DNA of 12,350 nucleotides from a virus (Duplodnaviria; Heunggongvirae; Uroviricota; Caudoviricetes): IMG/VR virus record IMGVR_UViG_2534681699_000012; one strand, 5' to 3'. Shown piece by piece: positions 1 to 11,617 of this stretch (position 1 is its first letter; each line of letters starts with the position of its first letter). The notes under the pieces were generated by a model. It saw only the letters and a program-made list of their open reading frames with translations, ran no database searches and was not told where the DNA came from. The position numbers and the translations under genes were made by a program.

Positions 1-1
1 G

Positions 2-592
2 GAAGACTGGCTGCAGGCAGAAATGCAGGGTGAGATTGTGGCGCTGGTCCACAGCCACCCCGGTGGTCTGCCCTGGCTGAGTGAGACCGACCGGCGGCTG
101 CAGGTGCAGAGTGATTTGCCGTGGTGGCTGGTCTGCCGGGGGGCGATTCACAAGTTCCGCTGTGTGCCGCATCTTACCGGGCGGTGCTTTGAGCACGGGG
201 TGACGGACTGTTACACGCTGTTCCGGGATGCTTATCATCTGGCGGGGATTGAGATGCCGGACTTTCATCGTGAGGATGACTGGTGGCGTCACGGCCAGAA
301 TCTCTATCTGGATAATCTGGAGGCGACGGGGCTGTATCAGGTGCCGTTGTCAGCGGCACAGCCGGGCGATGTGCTGCTGTGCTGTTTTGGTTCATCGGTG
401 CCGAATCACGCCGCAATTTACTGCGGCGACGGCGAGCTGCTGCACCATATTCCTGAACAACTGAGCAAACGAGAGAGGTACACCGACAAATGGCAGCGAC
501 GCACACACTCCCTCTGGCGTCACCGGGCATGGCGCGCATCTGCCTTTACGGGGATTTACAACGATTTGGTCGCCGCATCGACCTTCGTGTGA
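2..592 (+). CDS. K: Phage tail tip assembly protein K (lambda gpK-like), 5' end truncated by window start
   Basis: Open frame runs to the window edge with no upstream stop; 189 aa visible from the first Met, against ~199 aa recalled for lambda gpK. JAMM/MPN-type motif H-x-H-x7-S-x2-D present as VHSHPGGLPWLSETD. Cys/His-containing C-terminal half is consistent with an NlpC/P60-like fold. Overlaps the next gene by 103 nt, as in lambda K/I. Confidence 0.85.
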   Translation, partial: EDWLQAEMQGEIVALVHSHPGGLPWLSETDRRLQVQSDLPWWLVCRGAIHKFRCVPHLTGRCFEHGVTDCYTLFRDAYHLAGIEMPDFHREDDWWRHGQNLYLDNLEATGLYQVPLSAAQPGDVLLCCFGSSVPNHAAIYCGDGELLHHIPEQLSKRERYTDKWQRRTHSLWRHRAWRASAFTGIYNDLVAASTFV

Positions 593-1161
593 AAACGGGG
601 GCTGAAGCCATCCGGGCACTGGCCACACAGCTCCCGGCGTTTCGTCAGAAACTGAGCGACGGCTGGTATCAGGTACGGATTGCCGGGCGGGACGTCAGCA
701 CGTCCGGGTTAACGGCGCAGTTACATGAGACTCTGCCTGATGGCGCTGTGATTCATATTGTTCCCAGAGTCGCCGGGGCCAAGTCAGGGGGCGTATTCCA
801 GATTGTCCTGGGGGCTGCCGCCATTGCCGGATCATTCTTTACCGCCGGAGCCACCCTTGCAGCATGGGGGGCAGCCATTGGGGCCGGTGGTATGACCGGC
901 ATCCTGTTTTCTCTCGGTGCCAGTATGGTGCTCGGTGGTGTGGCGCAGATGCTGGCACCGAAAGCCAGAACTCCCCGTACACAGACAACGGATAACGGCA
1001 AACAGAACACCTATTTCTCCTCCCTGGATAACATGGTTGCCCAGAGCAATGTTCTGCCCGTTCTGTACGGTGAAATGCGCGTGGGGTCACGGGTGGTTTC
1101 TCAGGAGATCAGCACGGCAGACGAAGGGGACGGTGGTCAGGTTGTGGTGATTGGTCGCTGA
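490..1161 (+). CDS. I: Phage tail assembly protein I (lambda gpI-like)
   Basis: 223-aa ORF, the same length as lambda gpI as recalled. Starts inside the 3' end of K in another frame. GAGAGG Shine-Dalgarno about 8 nt upstream of the ATG. Gly/Ala-rich hydrophobic segment in the middle. Sits directly before J. Confidence 0.85.
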   Translation: MAATHTLPLASPGMARICLYGDLQRFGRRIDLRVKTGAEAIRALATQLPAFRQKLSDGWYQVRIAGRDVSTSGLTAQLHETLPDGAVIHIVPRVAGAKSGGVFQIVLGAAAIAGSFFTAGATLAAWGAAIGAGGMTGILFSLGASMVLGGVAQMLAPKARTPRTQTTDNGKQNTYFSSLDNMVAQSNVLPVLYGEMRVGSRVVSQEISTADEGDGGQVVVIGR

Positions 1162-1180
1162 TGCAAAATGTTTTATGTGA

Positions 1181-1207
1181 AACCGCCTGCGGGCGGTTTT
1201 GTCGTTT
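1181..1207 (+). terminator. GC-rich stem-loop with T-rich tail between I and J (possible attenuator or terminator)
   Basis: aaaccgcc-tgcg-ggcggtttt followed by gtcgttt. Perfect 8-bp stem read directly from the sequence; function is inferred. Confidence 0.35.
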
Positions 1208-1218
1208 ATGGAGCGTGA

Positions 1219-4620
<3,402 letters not shown>

Positions 4621-4637
4621 ATTTTATAACCCAGAAC

Positions 4638-4664
4638 GGGCGTCAGAAATGACGCCTTTTTTAT
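4638..4664 (+). terminator. Rho-independent terminator-like hairpin downstream of J
   Basis: ggcgtca-gaaa-tgacgcc stem-loop immediately followed by a tttttt run at 4657-4662. Confidence 0.5.
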
Positions 4665-4686
4665 TGCAGAAAAGCGAGAGGTAATT

Positions 4687-5286
4687 ATGCGTAAACTTTA
4701 TGCCGCCATTTTGTCCGCAGCCATTTGTCTGGCCGTATCCGGTGCGCCTGCATGGGCGTCTGAACATCAGTCCACGCTGAGCGCTGGGTATCTTCATGCC
4801 CGGACGAACGTTCCCGGCAGTGATGATCTGAACGGGATTAACGTGAAATACCGTTATGAGTTTACGGACACACTGGGGCTGGTTACGTCATTCAGCTATG
4901 CAGGAGACAAGAATCGCCAGCTGACCCATTACAGCGATACCCGCTGGCATGAAGATTCAGTGCGTAACCGCTGGTTCAGCGTGATGGCGGGGCCGTCTGT
5001 ACGCGTGAATGAATGGTTCAGCGCGTATGCGATGGCAGGCGTGGCTTACAGCCGTGTGTCGACTTTCTCCGGGGATTATCTCCGCGTAACTGACAACAAG
5101 GGGAAAACGCACGATGTGCTGACCGGAAGTGATGACGGTTGCCACAGCAACACGTCTCTGGCGTGGGGGGCTGGCGTGCAGTTTAACCCGACCGAATCCG
5201 TGGCCATTGATATTGCTTATGAAGGCTCCGGCAGTGGCGACTGGCGCACTGACGGTTTCATCGTGGGTGTCGGTTATAAGTTCTGA
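4687..5286 (+). CDS. lom: Lom outer-membrane beta-barrel protein (Ail/Lom/OmpX family), prophage moron
   Basis: N-terminal signal peptide MRKLYAAILSAAICLAVSGAPAWA. Alternating aromatic/hydrophilic pattern and terminal ...VGYKF typical of small OM beta-barrels. Located right after J as in lambda. GAGAGG Shine-Dalgarno upstream. Bracketed by hairpin terminators. Confidence 0.9.
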   Translation: MRKLYAAILSAAICLAVSGAPAWASEHQSTLSAGYLHARTNVPGSDDLNGINVKYRYEFTDTLGLVTSFSYAGDKNRQLTHYSDTRWHEDSVRNRWFSVMAGPSVRVNEWFSAYAMAGVAYSRVSTFSGDYLRVTDNKGKTHDVLTGSDDGCHSNTSLAWGAGVQFNPTESVAIDIAYEGSGSGDWRTDGFIVGVGYKF

Positions 5287-5312
5287 TTAGCCAGGTAACA
5301 CAGTGTTATGAC

Positions 5313-5340
5313 AGCCCGCCGGTTCAGGCGGGCTTTTTTG
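5313..5340 (+). terminator. Rho-independent terminator downstream of lom
   Basis: agcccgcc-ggttca-ggcgggct (8-bp perfect stem) followed by tttttg. Confidence 0.55.
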
Positions 5341-5350
5341 TGGGGTGAAT

Positions 5351-8300
5351 ATGGCAGTAAAGATTTCAGGTGTACTGAAAGACGGCACAGGAAAACCGGT
5401 ACAGAACTGCACAATCCAGCTGAAAGCAAAACGTAACAGCACCACGGTGGTGGTGAACACGCTGGCCTCAGAAAATTCGGATGAAGCCGGGCGTTACAGC
5501 ATGGACGTTGAGTACGGTCAGTACAGCGTTATTCTGTTGGTGGAAGGATTCCCGCCGTCACATGCCGGGACCATCACCGTGTATGAAGATTCCCGACCCG
5601 GTACGCTGAATGATTTTCTCGGTGCCATGACGGAGGATGATGCCCGTCCGGAGGCTCTGCGCCGTTTTGAACTGATGGTGGAAGAGGTGGCGCGTAACGC
5701 GTCCGCGGTGGCACAGAACACGGCAGCCGCGAAGAAGTCAGCCAGTGATGCCGGCACATCTGCCCGTGAGGCGGCAACCCATGCGACTGATGCTGCAGGC
5801 TCAGCGCGTGCAGCCAGCACGTCAGCCGGACAGGCCGCGACTTCGGCTCAGGAGGCGTCTTCCAGCGCAGGAACGGCATCAACAAAGGCCACTGAAGCAT
5901 CAAAAAGTGCTGCCGCTGCAGAGTCCTCAAAAAGCGCGGCGGCCACCAGTGCCGGTGCGGCGAAAACGTCAGAAACGAATGCTGCAGCGTCACAAAAATC
6001 AGCAGCCACTTCTGCATCCACTGCGACGACGAAAGCGTCAGAAGCCGCCACTTCAGCCAGAGATGCGGCGGCCTCCAAAGAGGCGGCAAAATCATCAGAA
6101 ACGAACGCCTCCACAAGCGCCAGCAGTGCAGCCTCCTCGGCAACGGCGGCAGGAAATTCCGTGAAGGCGGCAAAAACGTCCGAGACGAATGCCAGGTCTT
6201 CTGAAACGGCAGCGGAACAGAGCGCCTCAGCTGCGGCAGACTCTGAGACAGCAGCTGCATCATCGGCCCGTGAGGCGTCCATTAAGGCAGAGGAGGCAGC
6301 AGTCAGTGCCACCGCCGCCGGAAAATCGGCAGAAAGCGCCGCATCATCCGCTTCAACAGCCACAACGAAGGCTGGCGAAGCCACTGAACAGGCCACTGCA
6401 GCAGCGAGGGCTGCTTCCGCAGCGAAGACATCCGAAACGAACGCGAAAGCGTCGGAAACCAGCGCAGAATCCTCAAAAACGGCTGCCGCATCGTCCGCCA
6501 GTTCGGCGGCGTCATCGGCATCATCTGCGTCTGCTTCAAAAGATGAGGCGACCAGACAGGCGTCAGCAGCGAAGGGCAGCGCCACGACGGCATCCACGAA
6601 GGCGACAGAGGCAGCTGGTAGTGCGACAGCGGCAGCACAGAGCAAAAGTACGGCAGAATCCGCAGCAACGCGCGCTGAGACAGCGGCAAAACGTGCAGAG
6701 GATATTGCATCCGCCGTGGCGCTTGAGGATGCGAGCACGACGAAAAAGGGGGTAGTACAGCTCAGCAGTGCGACCAACAGCACGTCTGAAACGCTGGCGG
6801 CAACGCCAAAGGCAGTAAAAGCAGCCTATGACAATGCAGAGAAACGTCTGCAGAAAGACCAGAACGGTGCTGATATTCCCGACAAGGACCGCTTCCTGAG
6901 TAACATTAATGTTTACAGCAAAGGTGAAGTGGATCAGAAAAAGGGGATGCGATACGTTGTGGTAAATGCCCCGGCGGGGGTCCAGGAAGGTAAATATTAT
7001 CCGTTAGTGATAAAAAGGAATGACAGCCATCGGGCATCCCGCGTTGTCATTTCAACGCCAAGTCGCTCAGCTAATCACAGAATGAATAATTGTGAGTTTA
7101 ATGGTTTTGTTTGCGCAGGCGGCTGGACGGACCGGGGTAGCTATGCCTGTGGTATGTTCTGGGCTTATTCATCATCGGAACGCGCTATTCATTCCATTCT
7201 GATGAGTAATAAAGGCGATACCGTAGACAGCGTATTCTATATAGAAGGTGGGGCATTTCCCGTAGAGGTCTTTTTAGAAGAAGGTCTCTCCGTTACTGCA
7301 CCTGCTTCTGATTATATTGTTGCTGAAACGACTTATAAATTTGGCGCAACTGATCCTTATTCTGAATCAGTTGCGGTAAATTTAATTTTAGATTTTAAAC
7401 AAGGTAATGGATTTTATAGTTCGTATCCTGTTTTGAGTAAGTCAGACATTAGCGGGAATAAGATTTACGCTAATGATGAAGTTATTGTCCGTAGTCAGAA
7501 CGCGTTAAGGATGATTGCAGGTGATTACGGTGTCATATGGCGAAATGATGGAGCAAATACTTACTTGCTCATGACTGATAAAGGCGACCAGTACGGTGGC
7601 TGGAACGGTCTTCGACCATTTGCAGTAAATAACGCAACAGGTGAAGTGACGATCAATACACCACTTAATTCTCCTAAGGGGATTAAGGGAAATTCTGATA
7701 CAGCTACGAAACTTCAGACAGCAATAAAAATATCTGGTGTTTCGTTTGATGGTTCTACTGATATCACTTTAACCGCTGCGCATGTTGCTGCTTTTGCCAG
7801 AAGAGCAACGGATACGTATGCCGATGCGGATGGGGGCGTTCCCTGGAATGCCGAATCAGGCGCTTACAATGTCACTCGCTCTGGCGACAGCTATATTCTG
7901 GTTAACTTCTATACCGGAGTCGGAAGTTGCCGGACCTTGCAGATGAAGGCGCATTACAGAAATGGTGGTCTGTTCTACCGTTCTTCAAGAGACGGTTATG
8001 GTTTTGAGGATGACTGGGCAGAAGTTTATACCTCGAAAAATCTTCCACCAGAAAGCTACCCAGTCGGCGCACCAATCCCGTGGCCATCAGATACCGTTCC
8101 GTCTGGTTATGCCCTGATGCAGGGGCAGACTTTTGACAAATCTGCTTACCCGAAACTTGCAGCTGCTTATCCGTCAGGCGTGATCCCTGATATGCGTGGC
8201 TGGATGATTAAGGGCAAGCCCGCCAGTGATCGAGCCGTATTGTCTCAGGAACAGGACGGCATTAAATCACACCCCCACAGCGCCAGCGTATCCAGTACGG

Positions 8301-8698
8301 ATTTGGGGACGAAAACCACATCGTCGTTTGATTACGGCACTAAATCCACGAATAACACTGGTGCGCATACCCATAGTGTTAGCGGTACGGCTGCTTCAGC
8401 CGGTGCACATACCCATTCGATGACATTTGTTTCAGGTGGTTCCAGTGGTGCTCCGGGAAGTGGATCACCTGATTATTCTAAATACAGTGTTAACACTTCT
8501 TCTGCAGGCGCTCATACGCACTCTGTATCGGGTACTGCTGCAAGCGCAGGTGCACACGCGCATACTGTCGGTATTGGTGCTCATACGCACTCCGTTGCGA
8601 TTGGTTCACATGGACACACCATCACCGTTAACGCTGCTGGTAACGCGGAAAACACCGTCAAAAACATCGCATTTAACTATATTGTGAGGCTTGCATAA
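5351..8698 (+). CDS. stf: Side tail fibre protein (Stf-like), chimeric: conserved N-terminal anchor, Ala/Ser/Thr-rich shaft, His-rich distal tip domain
   Basis: Long ORF after lom, as for lambda stf. N-terminus [19 protein letters not shown] at 5351 preferred over the in-frame GTG at 5345 used by the ORF track. Long low-complexity shaft, and C-terminal GAHTHS-type repeats typical of phage tail fibre tips. Stop overlaps the tfa start (TAATG). Confidence 0.85.
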   Translation: MAVKISGVLKDGTGKPVQNCTIQLKAKRNSTTVVVNTLASENSDEAGRYSMDVEYGQYSVILLVEGFPPSHAGTITVYEDSRPGTLNDFLGAMTEDDARPEALRRFELMVEEVARNASAVAQNTAAAKKSASDAGTSAREAATHATDAAGSARAASTSAGQAATSAQEASSSAGTASTKATEASKSAAAAESSKSAAATSAGAAKTSETNAAASQKSAATSASTATTKASEAATSARDAAASKEAAKSSETNASTSASSAASSATAAGNSVKAAKTSETNARSSETAAEQSASAAADSETAAASSAREASIKAEEAAVSATAAGKSAESAASSASTATTKAGEATEQATAAARAASAAKTSETNAKASETSAESSKTAAASSASSAASSASSASASKDEATRQASAAKGSATTASTKATEAAGSATAAAQSKSTAESAATRAETAAKRAEDIASAVALEDASTTKKGVVQLSSATNSTSETLAATPKAVKAAYDNAEKRLQKDQNGADIPDKDRFLSNINVYSKGEVDQKKGMRYVVVNAPAGVQEGKYYPLVIKRNDSHRASRVVISTPSRSANHRMNNCEFNGFVCAGGWTDRGSYACGMFWAYSSSERAIHSILMSNKGDTVDSVFYIEGGAFPVEVFLEEGLSVTAPASDYIVAETTYKFGATDPYSESVAVNLILDFKQGNGFYSSYPVLSKSDISGNKIYANDEVIVRSQNALRMIAGDYGVIWRNDGANTYLLMTDKGDQYGGWNGLRPFAVNNATGEVTINTPLNSPKGIKGNSDTATKLQTAIKISGVSFDGSTDITLTAAHVAAFARRATDTYADADGGVPWNAESGAYNVTRSGDSYILVNFYTGVGSCRTLQMKAHYRNGGLFYRSSRDGYGFEDDWAEVYTSKNLPPESYPVGAPIPWPSDTVPSGYALMQGQTFDKSAYPKLAAAYPSGVIPDMRGWMIKGKPASDRAVLSQEQDGIKSHPHSASVSSTDLGTKTTSSFDYGTKSTNNTGAHTHSVSGTAASAGAHTHSMTFVSGGSSGAPGSGSPDYSKYSVNTSSAGAHTHSVSGTAASAGAHAHTVGIGAHTHSVAIGSHGHTITVNAAGNAENTVKNIAFNYIVRLA
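5700..6730 (+). repeat. Low-complexity Ala/Ser/Thr/Glu/Lys-rich coding repeat region inside stf (fibre shaft)
   Basis: About 340 codons dominated by GCN/TCN/ACN. Recurring peptide motifs such as AKTSETNA and SAAAS, read directly from the translation. Generates spurious long ORFs in other frames on both strands. Confidence 0.7.
8340..8640 (+). repeat. His-rich G-A-H-T-H-S tail fibre repeat block at the Stf C-terminus
   Basis: Repeated peptide units [40 protein letters not shown] and [15 protein letters not shown]; the DNA copies are diverged. Resembles the HxH phage tail fibre repeat of lambda Stf and T4 gp37. Confidence 0.6.
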
Positions 8699-9282
8699 TG
8701 GCATTCAGAATGAGTGAACAACCACGGGCCATAAAAATTTATAATCTGCTGGCCGGAACTAATGAATTTATTGGTGAAGGTGATGCATATATTCCGCCTC
8801 ATACAGGTCTGCCAGCAAACAGTACCGATATTGCCCCGCCAGATATTCCGGCTGGCTTCGTGGCTGTTTTCAACAGTGATGAGTCATCGTGGCATCTCGT
8901 TGAAGATCATCGGGGTAAAACGGTTTATGACGTGGCTTCCGGCGACGCGTTATTTATTTCTGAACTCGGTCCGTTACCGGAAAATGTTACCTGGTTATCG
9001 CCGGAAGGGGAGTTTCAGAAGTGGAACGGCACAGCCTGGGTGAAGGATACGGAAGCAGAAAAACTGTTCCGGATCCGGGAGGCGGAAGAAACAAAAAACA
9101 ACCTGATGCAGGTAGCCAGTGAGCATATTGCGCCGCTTCAGGATGCTGCAGATCTGGAAATTGCAACGGAGGAAGAAATCTCGTTGCTGGAAGCATGGAA
9201 AAAGTATCGGGTATTGCTGAACCGTGTTGATACATCAACTGCACCTGATATTGAGTGGCCTACGAACCCTGTCAGGGAGTAA
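8698..9282 (+). CDS. tfa: Tail fibre assembly protein (Tfa chaperone)
   Basis: 194-aa ORF, same length as lambda Tfa as recalled. Start overlaps the stf stop (TAATG), suggesting translational coupling. Conserved C-terminal segment is duplicated as a remnant at 10170-10322. Confidence 0.9.
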   Translation: MAFRMSEQPRAIKIYNLLAGTNEFIGEGDAYIPPHTGLPANSTDIAPPDIPAGFVAVFNSDESSWHLVEDHRGKTVYDVASGDALFISELGPLPENVTWLSPEGEFQKWNGTAWVKDTEAEKLFRIREAEETKNNLMQVASEHIAPLQDAADLEIATEEEISLLEAWKKYRVLLNRVDTSTAPDIEWPTNPVRE

Positions 9283-9296
9283 TCATTGGGATTATG

Positions 9297-9329
9297 CCGC
9301 AGCACGTCTTAAGCAAGAACGTGCTGCGG
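9297..9329. terminator. Stem-loop between convergent tfa and methyltransferase genes (possible bidirectional terminator)
   Basis: ccgcagcacg-(13-nt loop)-cgtgctgcgg, a perfect 10-bp stem. Lies between the tfa stop (9282) and the minus-strand stop (9337-9339). T-run on the plus strand at 9340-9346. Confidence 0.4.
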
Positions 9330-9336
9330 TTGGATG

Positions 9337-10005
9337 CTATTTTTTCCCTGAAGCGGAAAACATTACTACAGTACCTTGAACCTTGGTTTTAACATTCTCG
9401 AAATGCTCTGAGAGTATATGTGTTAAGCCTTCTTCGGAATCTTTTGTGTTTGAAAAGATGCCTTTCTGATTGTAAATGCGCATCAGTTTTTGACCGAAGC
9501 TATTGTGCACAACTCCATCGCCAAGAATTGTGGCTCCGTATAGAGTTCCATCGTCAGTTAAGGCCTGCGCCGCATTGCGTATTACACAGCTTTTTGTAGA
9601 TATATTTCCAGGCAGGCAGTGAAGAAGGTAAAACATGGAAATGGAATCAAATTGACCATGTAACGCCGCGGGATAAGGTTCAAAAACATCATGGCTAATT
9701 TTATGTTTAATTTTTGATTCCCCAGCCCTTGTAGATGCCGCGTTCAGGCTAGCTTCGTTCAAATCCATTAAAGATATCAGACTACTCTCAGGTACGTGAG
9801 TAAGGTAAAACCCAGTTCCAACACCAATATCCAGATGGTTGTTACCTAAATGTTCCAGAAAGTGTGGAAGAAGGTGTTCCTTTGTAGGACATCCCCATGC
9901 AAGCCGATTTGATACTCCCAAAACCCACCAGTCATAAAGCTTTAGGGTAAGTGGTGTGTAAATTTTAGCCCCATCATCTGTGTTTTTTTTCATTAATTTC
10001 ACCAT
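9337..10005 (-). CDS. ybcY: Class I SAM-dependent methyltransferase (Rossmann fold), substrate unknown; prophage cargo gene
   Basis: 222-aa minus-strand ORF with glycine-rich SAM-binding motif I (LDIGVGTGF). No DPPY/NPPY-type DNA amino-methyltransferase motif seen. Noticeably lower GC than the tail genes. Symbol assigned from memory of the DLP12 context (tfa - methyltransferase - tfaX - appY - ompT), not from a search. Confidence 0.75.
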   Translation of the reverse strand: MVKLMKKNTDDGAKIYTPLTLKLYDWWVLGVSNRLAWGCPTKEHLLPHFLEHLGNNHLDIGVGTGFYLTHVPESSLISLMDLNEASLNAASTRAGESKIKHKISHDVFEPYPAALHGQFDSISMFYLLHCLPGNISTKSCVIRNAAQALTDDGTLYGATILGDGVVHNSFGQKLMRIYNQKGIFSNTKDSEEGLTHILSEHFENVKTKVQGTVVMFSASGKK

Positions 10006-10061
10006 GTTATAGTTTTATTTGTGAATTAAATCAATTATGGCAATGAATTACAAGGGGTTAA

Positions 10062-10322
10062 ATGCTGCCGCAGCATAGCGATATTGAAATAGCCTGGTAT
10101 GCTTCAATACAGCAGGAGCCGAATGGCTGGAAGACCGTCACCACACAGTTCTACATCCAGGAATTCAGTGAGTATATTGCGCCACTGCAGGATGCTGTAG
10201 ATCTGGAAATCGCAACGGAGGAAGAAAGATCGTTGCTGGAAGCCTGAAAAAAGTATCGGGTGCTGCTAAACAGTGTGGACACTTCCGTAGCACCAGATAT
10301 CGAGTGGCTTATTCAACCATAA
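10062..10322 (+). pseudogene. tfaX: Tail fibre assembly protein remnant (5'-truncated tfa allele with in-frame TGA)
   Basis: Encodes ...[49 protein letters not shown], matching the Tfa C-terminus ([53 protein letters not shown]). TGG to TGA change at 10245-10247. The N-terminal ~130 aa of a full Tfa are absent. Confidence 0.7.
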
Positions 10323-10867
10323 TAAACAGTATGTATATCATAGGTTATTAATTGTGAGTTTTTTCGGTGTGTTATTTGTTTGTTTGATGTTATGCTTTTG
10401 CGCCCCAAAAGGTTGTTTAGATGTATTTTATCAATTGATTTTCAATATCGTTTAATAAAGAAAAATTAAGCAAGCTGGATGTTGGTTTTTTGTTAATTGA
10501 ATGGTTCTAATAATGTTTTTTTACTGTTGTTGAATGTGACTTGATAAGAAATGCAAGTAAAAATGATACTCTTTTTATTTTAAATTCAAACGGTTGACAT
10601 ATATATAGCAAGAGGTTTCAGGTGCGTTGTAGTGAGTTTATGTTAATAAAAAGTATAGCAAGCGTTGAAAAATGTAACTTTGAAATACGTTAGAATAAAA
10701 AACAATATACATATAATAATTTAATCTTAAATGAAATTTATTAAAATTTGCAAACTATAATTTTGTGTATAAAAATATAAATGCACATCATCCTGATTAT
10801 GATTGTGTATTTAATTGGTTGTTATTTGACTGCTATCAACTTGTTTTAATTTTATGATAGGTGCAAG
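10323..10867 (+). promoter_or_regulatory. Extremely AT-rich intergenic region upstream of appY (promoter/regulatory region, likely nucleoid-protein target)
   Basis: About 545 bp with no credible ORF and very low GC by eye. Contains an ArcA-box-like TGTTAATAAA at 10641-10650 and a TTGACA hexamer at 10594-10599. Precise promoter not assignable from sequence. Confidence 0.45.
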
Positions 10868-11617
10868 ATGGATTATGTTTGCTCCGTAGTTTTCATCTGT
10901 CAATCATTTGATTTAATTATAAACAGGAGAGTTATCTCGTTCAAAAAAAATTCATTATTTATTGTAAGCGACAAAATTAGAAGGGAGTTACCAGTATGCC
11001 CCTCTAAACTAAGAATTGTTGATATAGATAAGAAAACATGTTTATCCTTTTTTATCGACGTGAATAATGAGCTGCCTGGCAAATTTACTCTTGATAAGAA
11101 TGGCTATATTGCTGAAGAGGAACCTCCATTATCGCTTGTTTTTTCTCTGTTTGAAGGGATTAAAATAGCAGACTCACACTCCCTTTGGTTAAAAGAAAGA
11201 CTATGTATATCCTTACTTGCCATGTTCAAAAAACGCGAAAGTGTAAATTCTTTTATACTAACAAATATAAATACATTTACCTGTAAAATTACTGGAATAA
11301 TCAGTTTTAATATTGAGCGGCAATGGCATTTAAAAGATATTGCGGAATTGATTTATACGAGTGAAAGTTTAATAAAAAAAAGATTAAGGGATGAAGGAAC
11401 GTCATTTACTGAAATATTGAGAGATACTAGGATGAGGTATGCAAAAAAACTCATAACTTCAAACTCTTATTCTGTCAATGTCGTAGCCCAGAAATGTGGC
11501 TATAACAGTACTTCATATTTCATATGTGCATTTAAAGATTATTATGGTGTCACGCCATCTCATTATTTTGAGAAAATAATCGGCGTCACAGATGGAATAA
11601 ACAAAACAATTGACTGA
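10868..11617 (+). CDS. appY: AraC/XylS-family transcriptional regulator (AppY-like)
   Basis: 249-aa ORF, AT-rich codon usage. C-terminal AraC-type helix-turn-helix region (...[29 protein letters not shown]...). AGGTG Shine-Dalgarno about 6 nt upstream. Length and context match appY as recalled. Confidence 0.85.
   Translation: MDYVCSVVFICQSFDLIINRRVISFKKNSLFIVSDKIRRELPVCPSKLRIVDIDKKTCLSFFIDVNNELPGKFTLDKNGYIAEEEPPLSLVFSLFEGIKIADSHSLWLKERLCISLLAMFKKRESVNSFILTNINTFTCKITGIISFNIERQWHLKDIAELIYTSESLIKKRLRDEGTSFTEILRDTRMRYAKKLITSNSYSVNVVAQKCGYNSTSYFICAFKDYYGVTPSHYFEKIIGVTDGINKTID

Noticed and set aside
174-628. Minus-strand and alternate-frame ORFs (121, 78 and 78 aa) inside K and I
   Set aside because: Embedded in well-supported K/I coding sequence with biased, low-complexity composition; no independent start signals.
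5345-5347. GTG at 5345 as the stf start (ORF-track start)
   Set aside because: The ATG two codons downstream (5351) is better spaced from the GGGG/GGTG Shine-Dalgarno-like sequence and gives the conserved MAVKISG N-terminus; the GTG start cannot be excluded.
5700-6730. Possible CRISPR-like or tandem DNA repeat array
   Set aside because: Repetition is at the peptide-motif level with diverged DNA and irregular spacing; there are no identical direct repeats separated by unique spacers.
5574-6783. Several long ORFs in alternate frames and on the minus strand within stf (229, 311, 139, 188 and 135 aa)
   Set aside because: All lie within the GCN-rich repetitive shaft region and translate to poly-Ala/Arg/Pro/Leu low-complexity strings; they are frame artefacts of the repeat.
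8762-9244. Alternate-frame ORFs overlapping tfa (93 aa plus strand, 85 aa minus strand)
   Set aside because: Fully inside the tfa coding region, with no RBS and atypical composition.
10594-10622. Sigma-70 promoter call from the TTGACA hexamer at 10594-10599
   Set aside because: No convincing -10 hexamer at 16-18 bp spacing (ttcagg at 17 bp); AT-rich DNA yields many chance hexamer matches.
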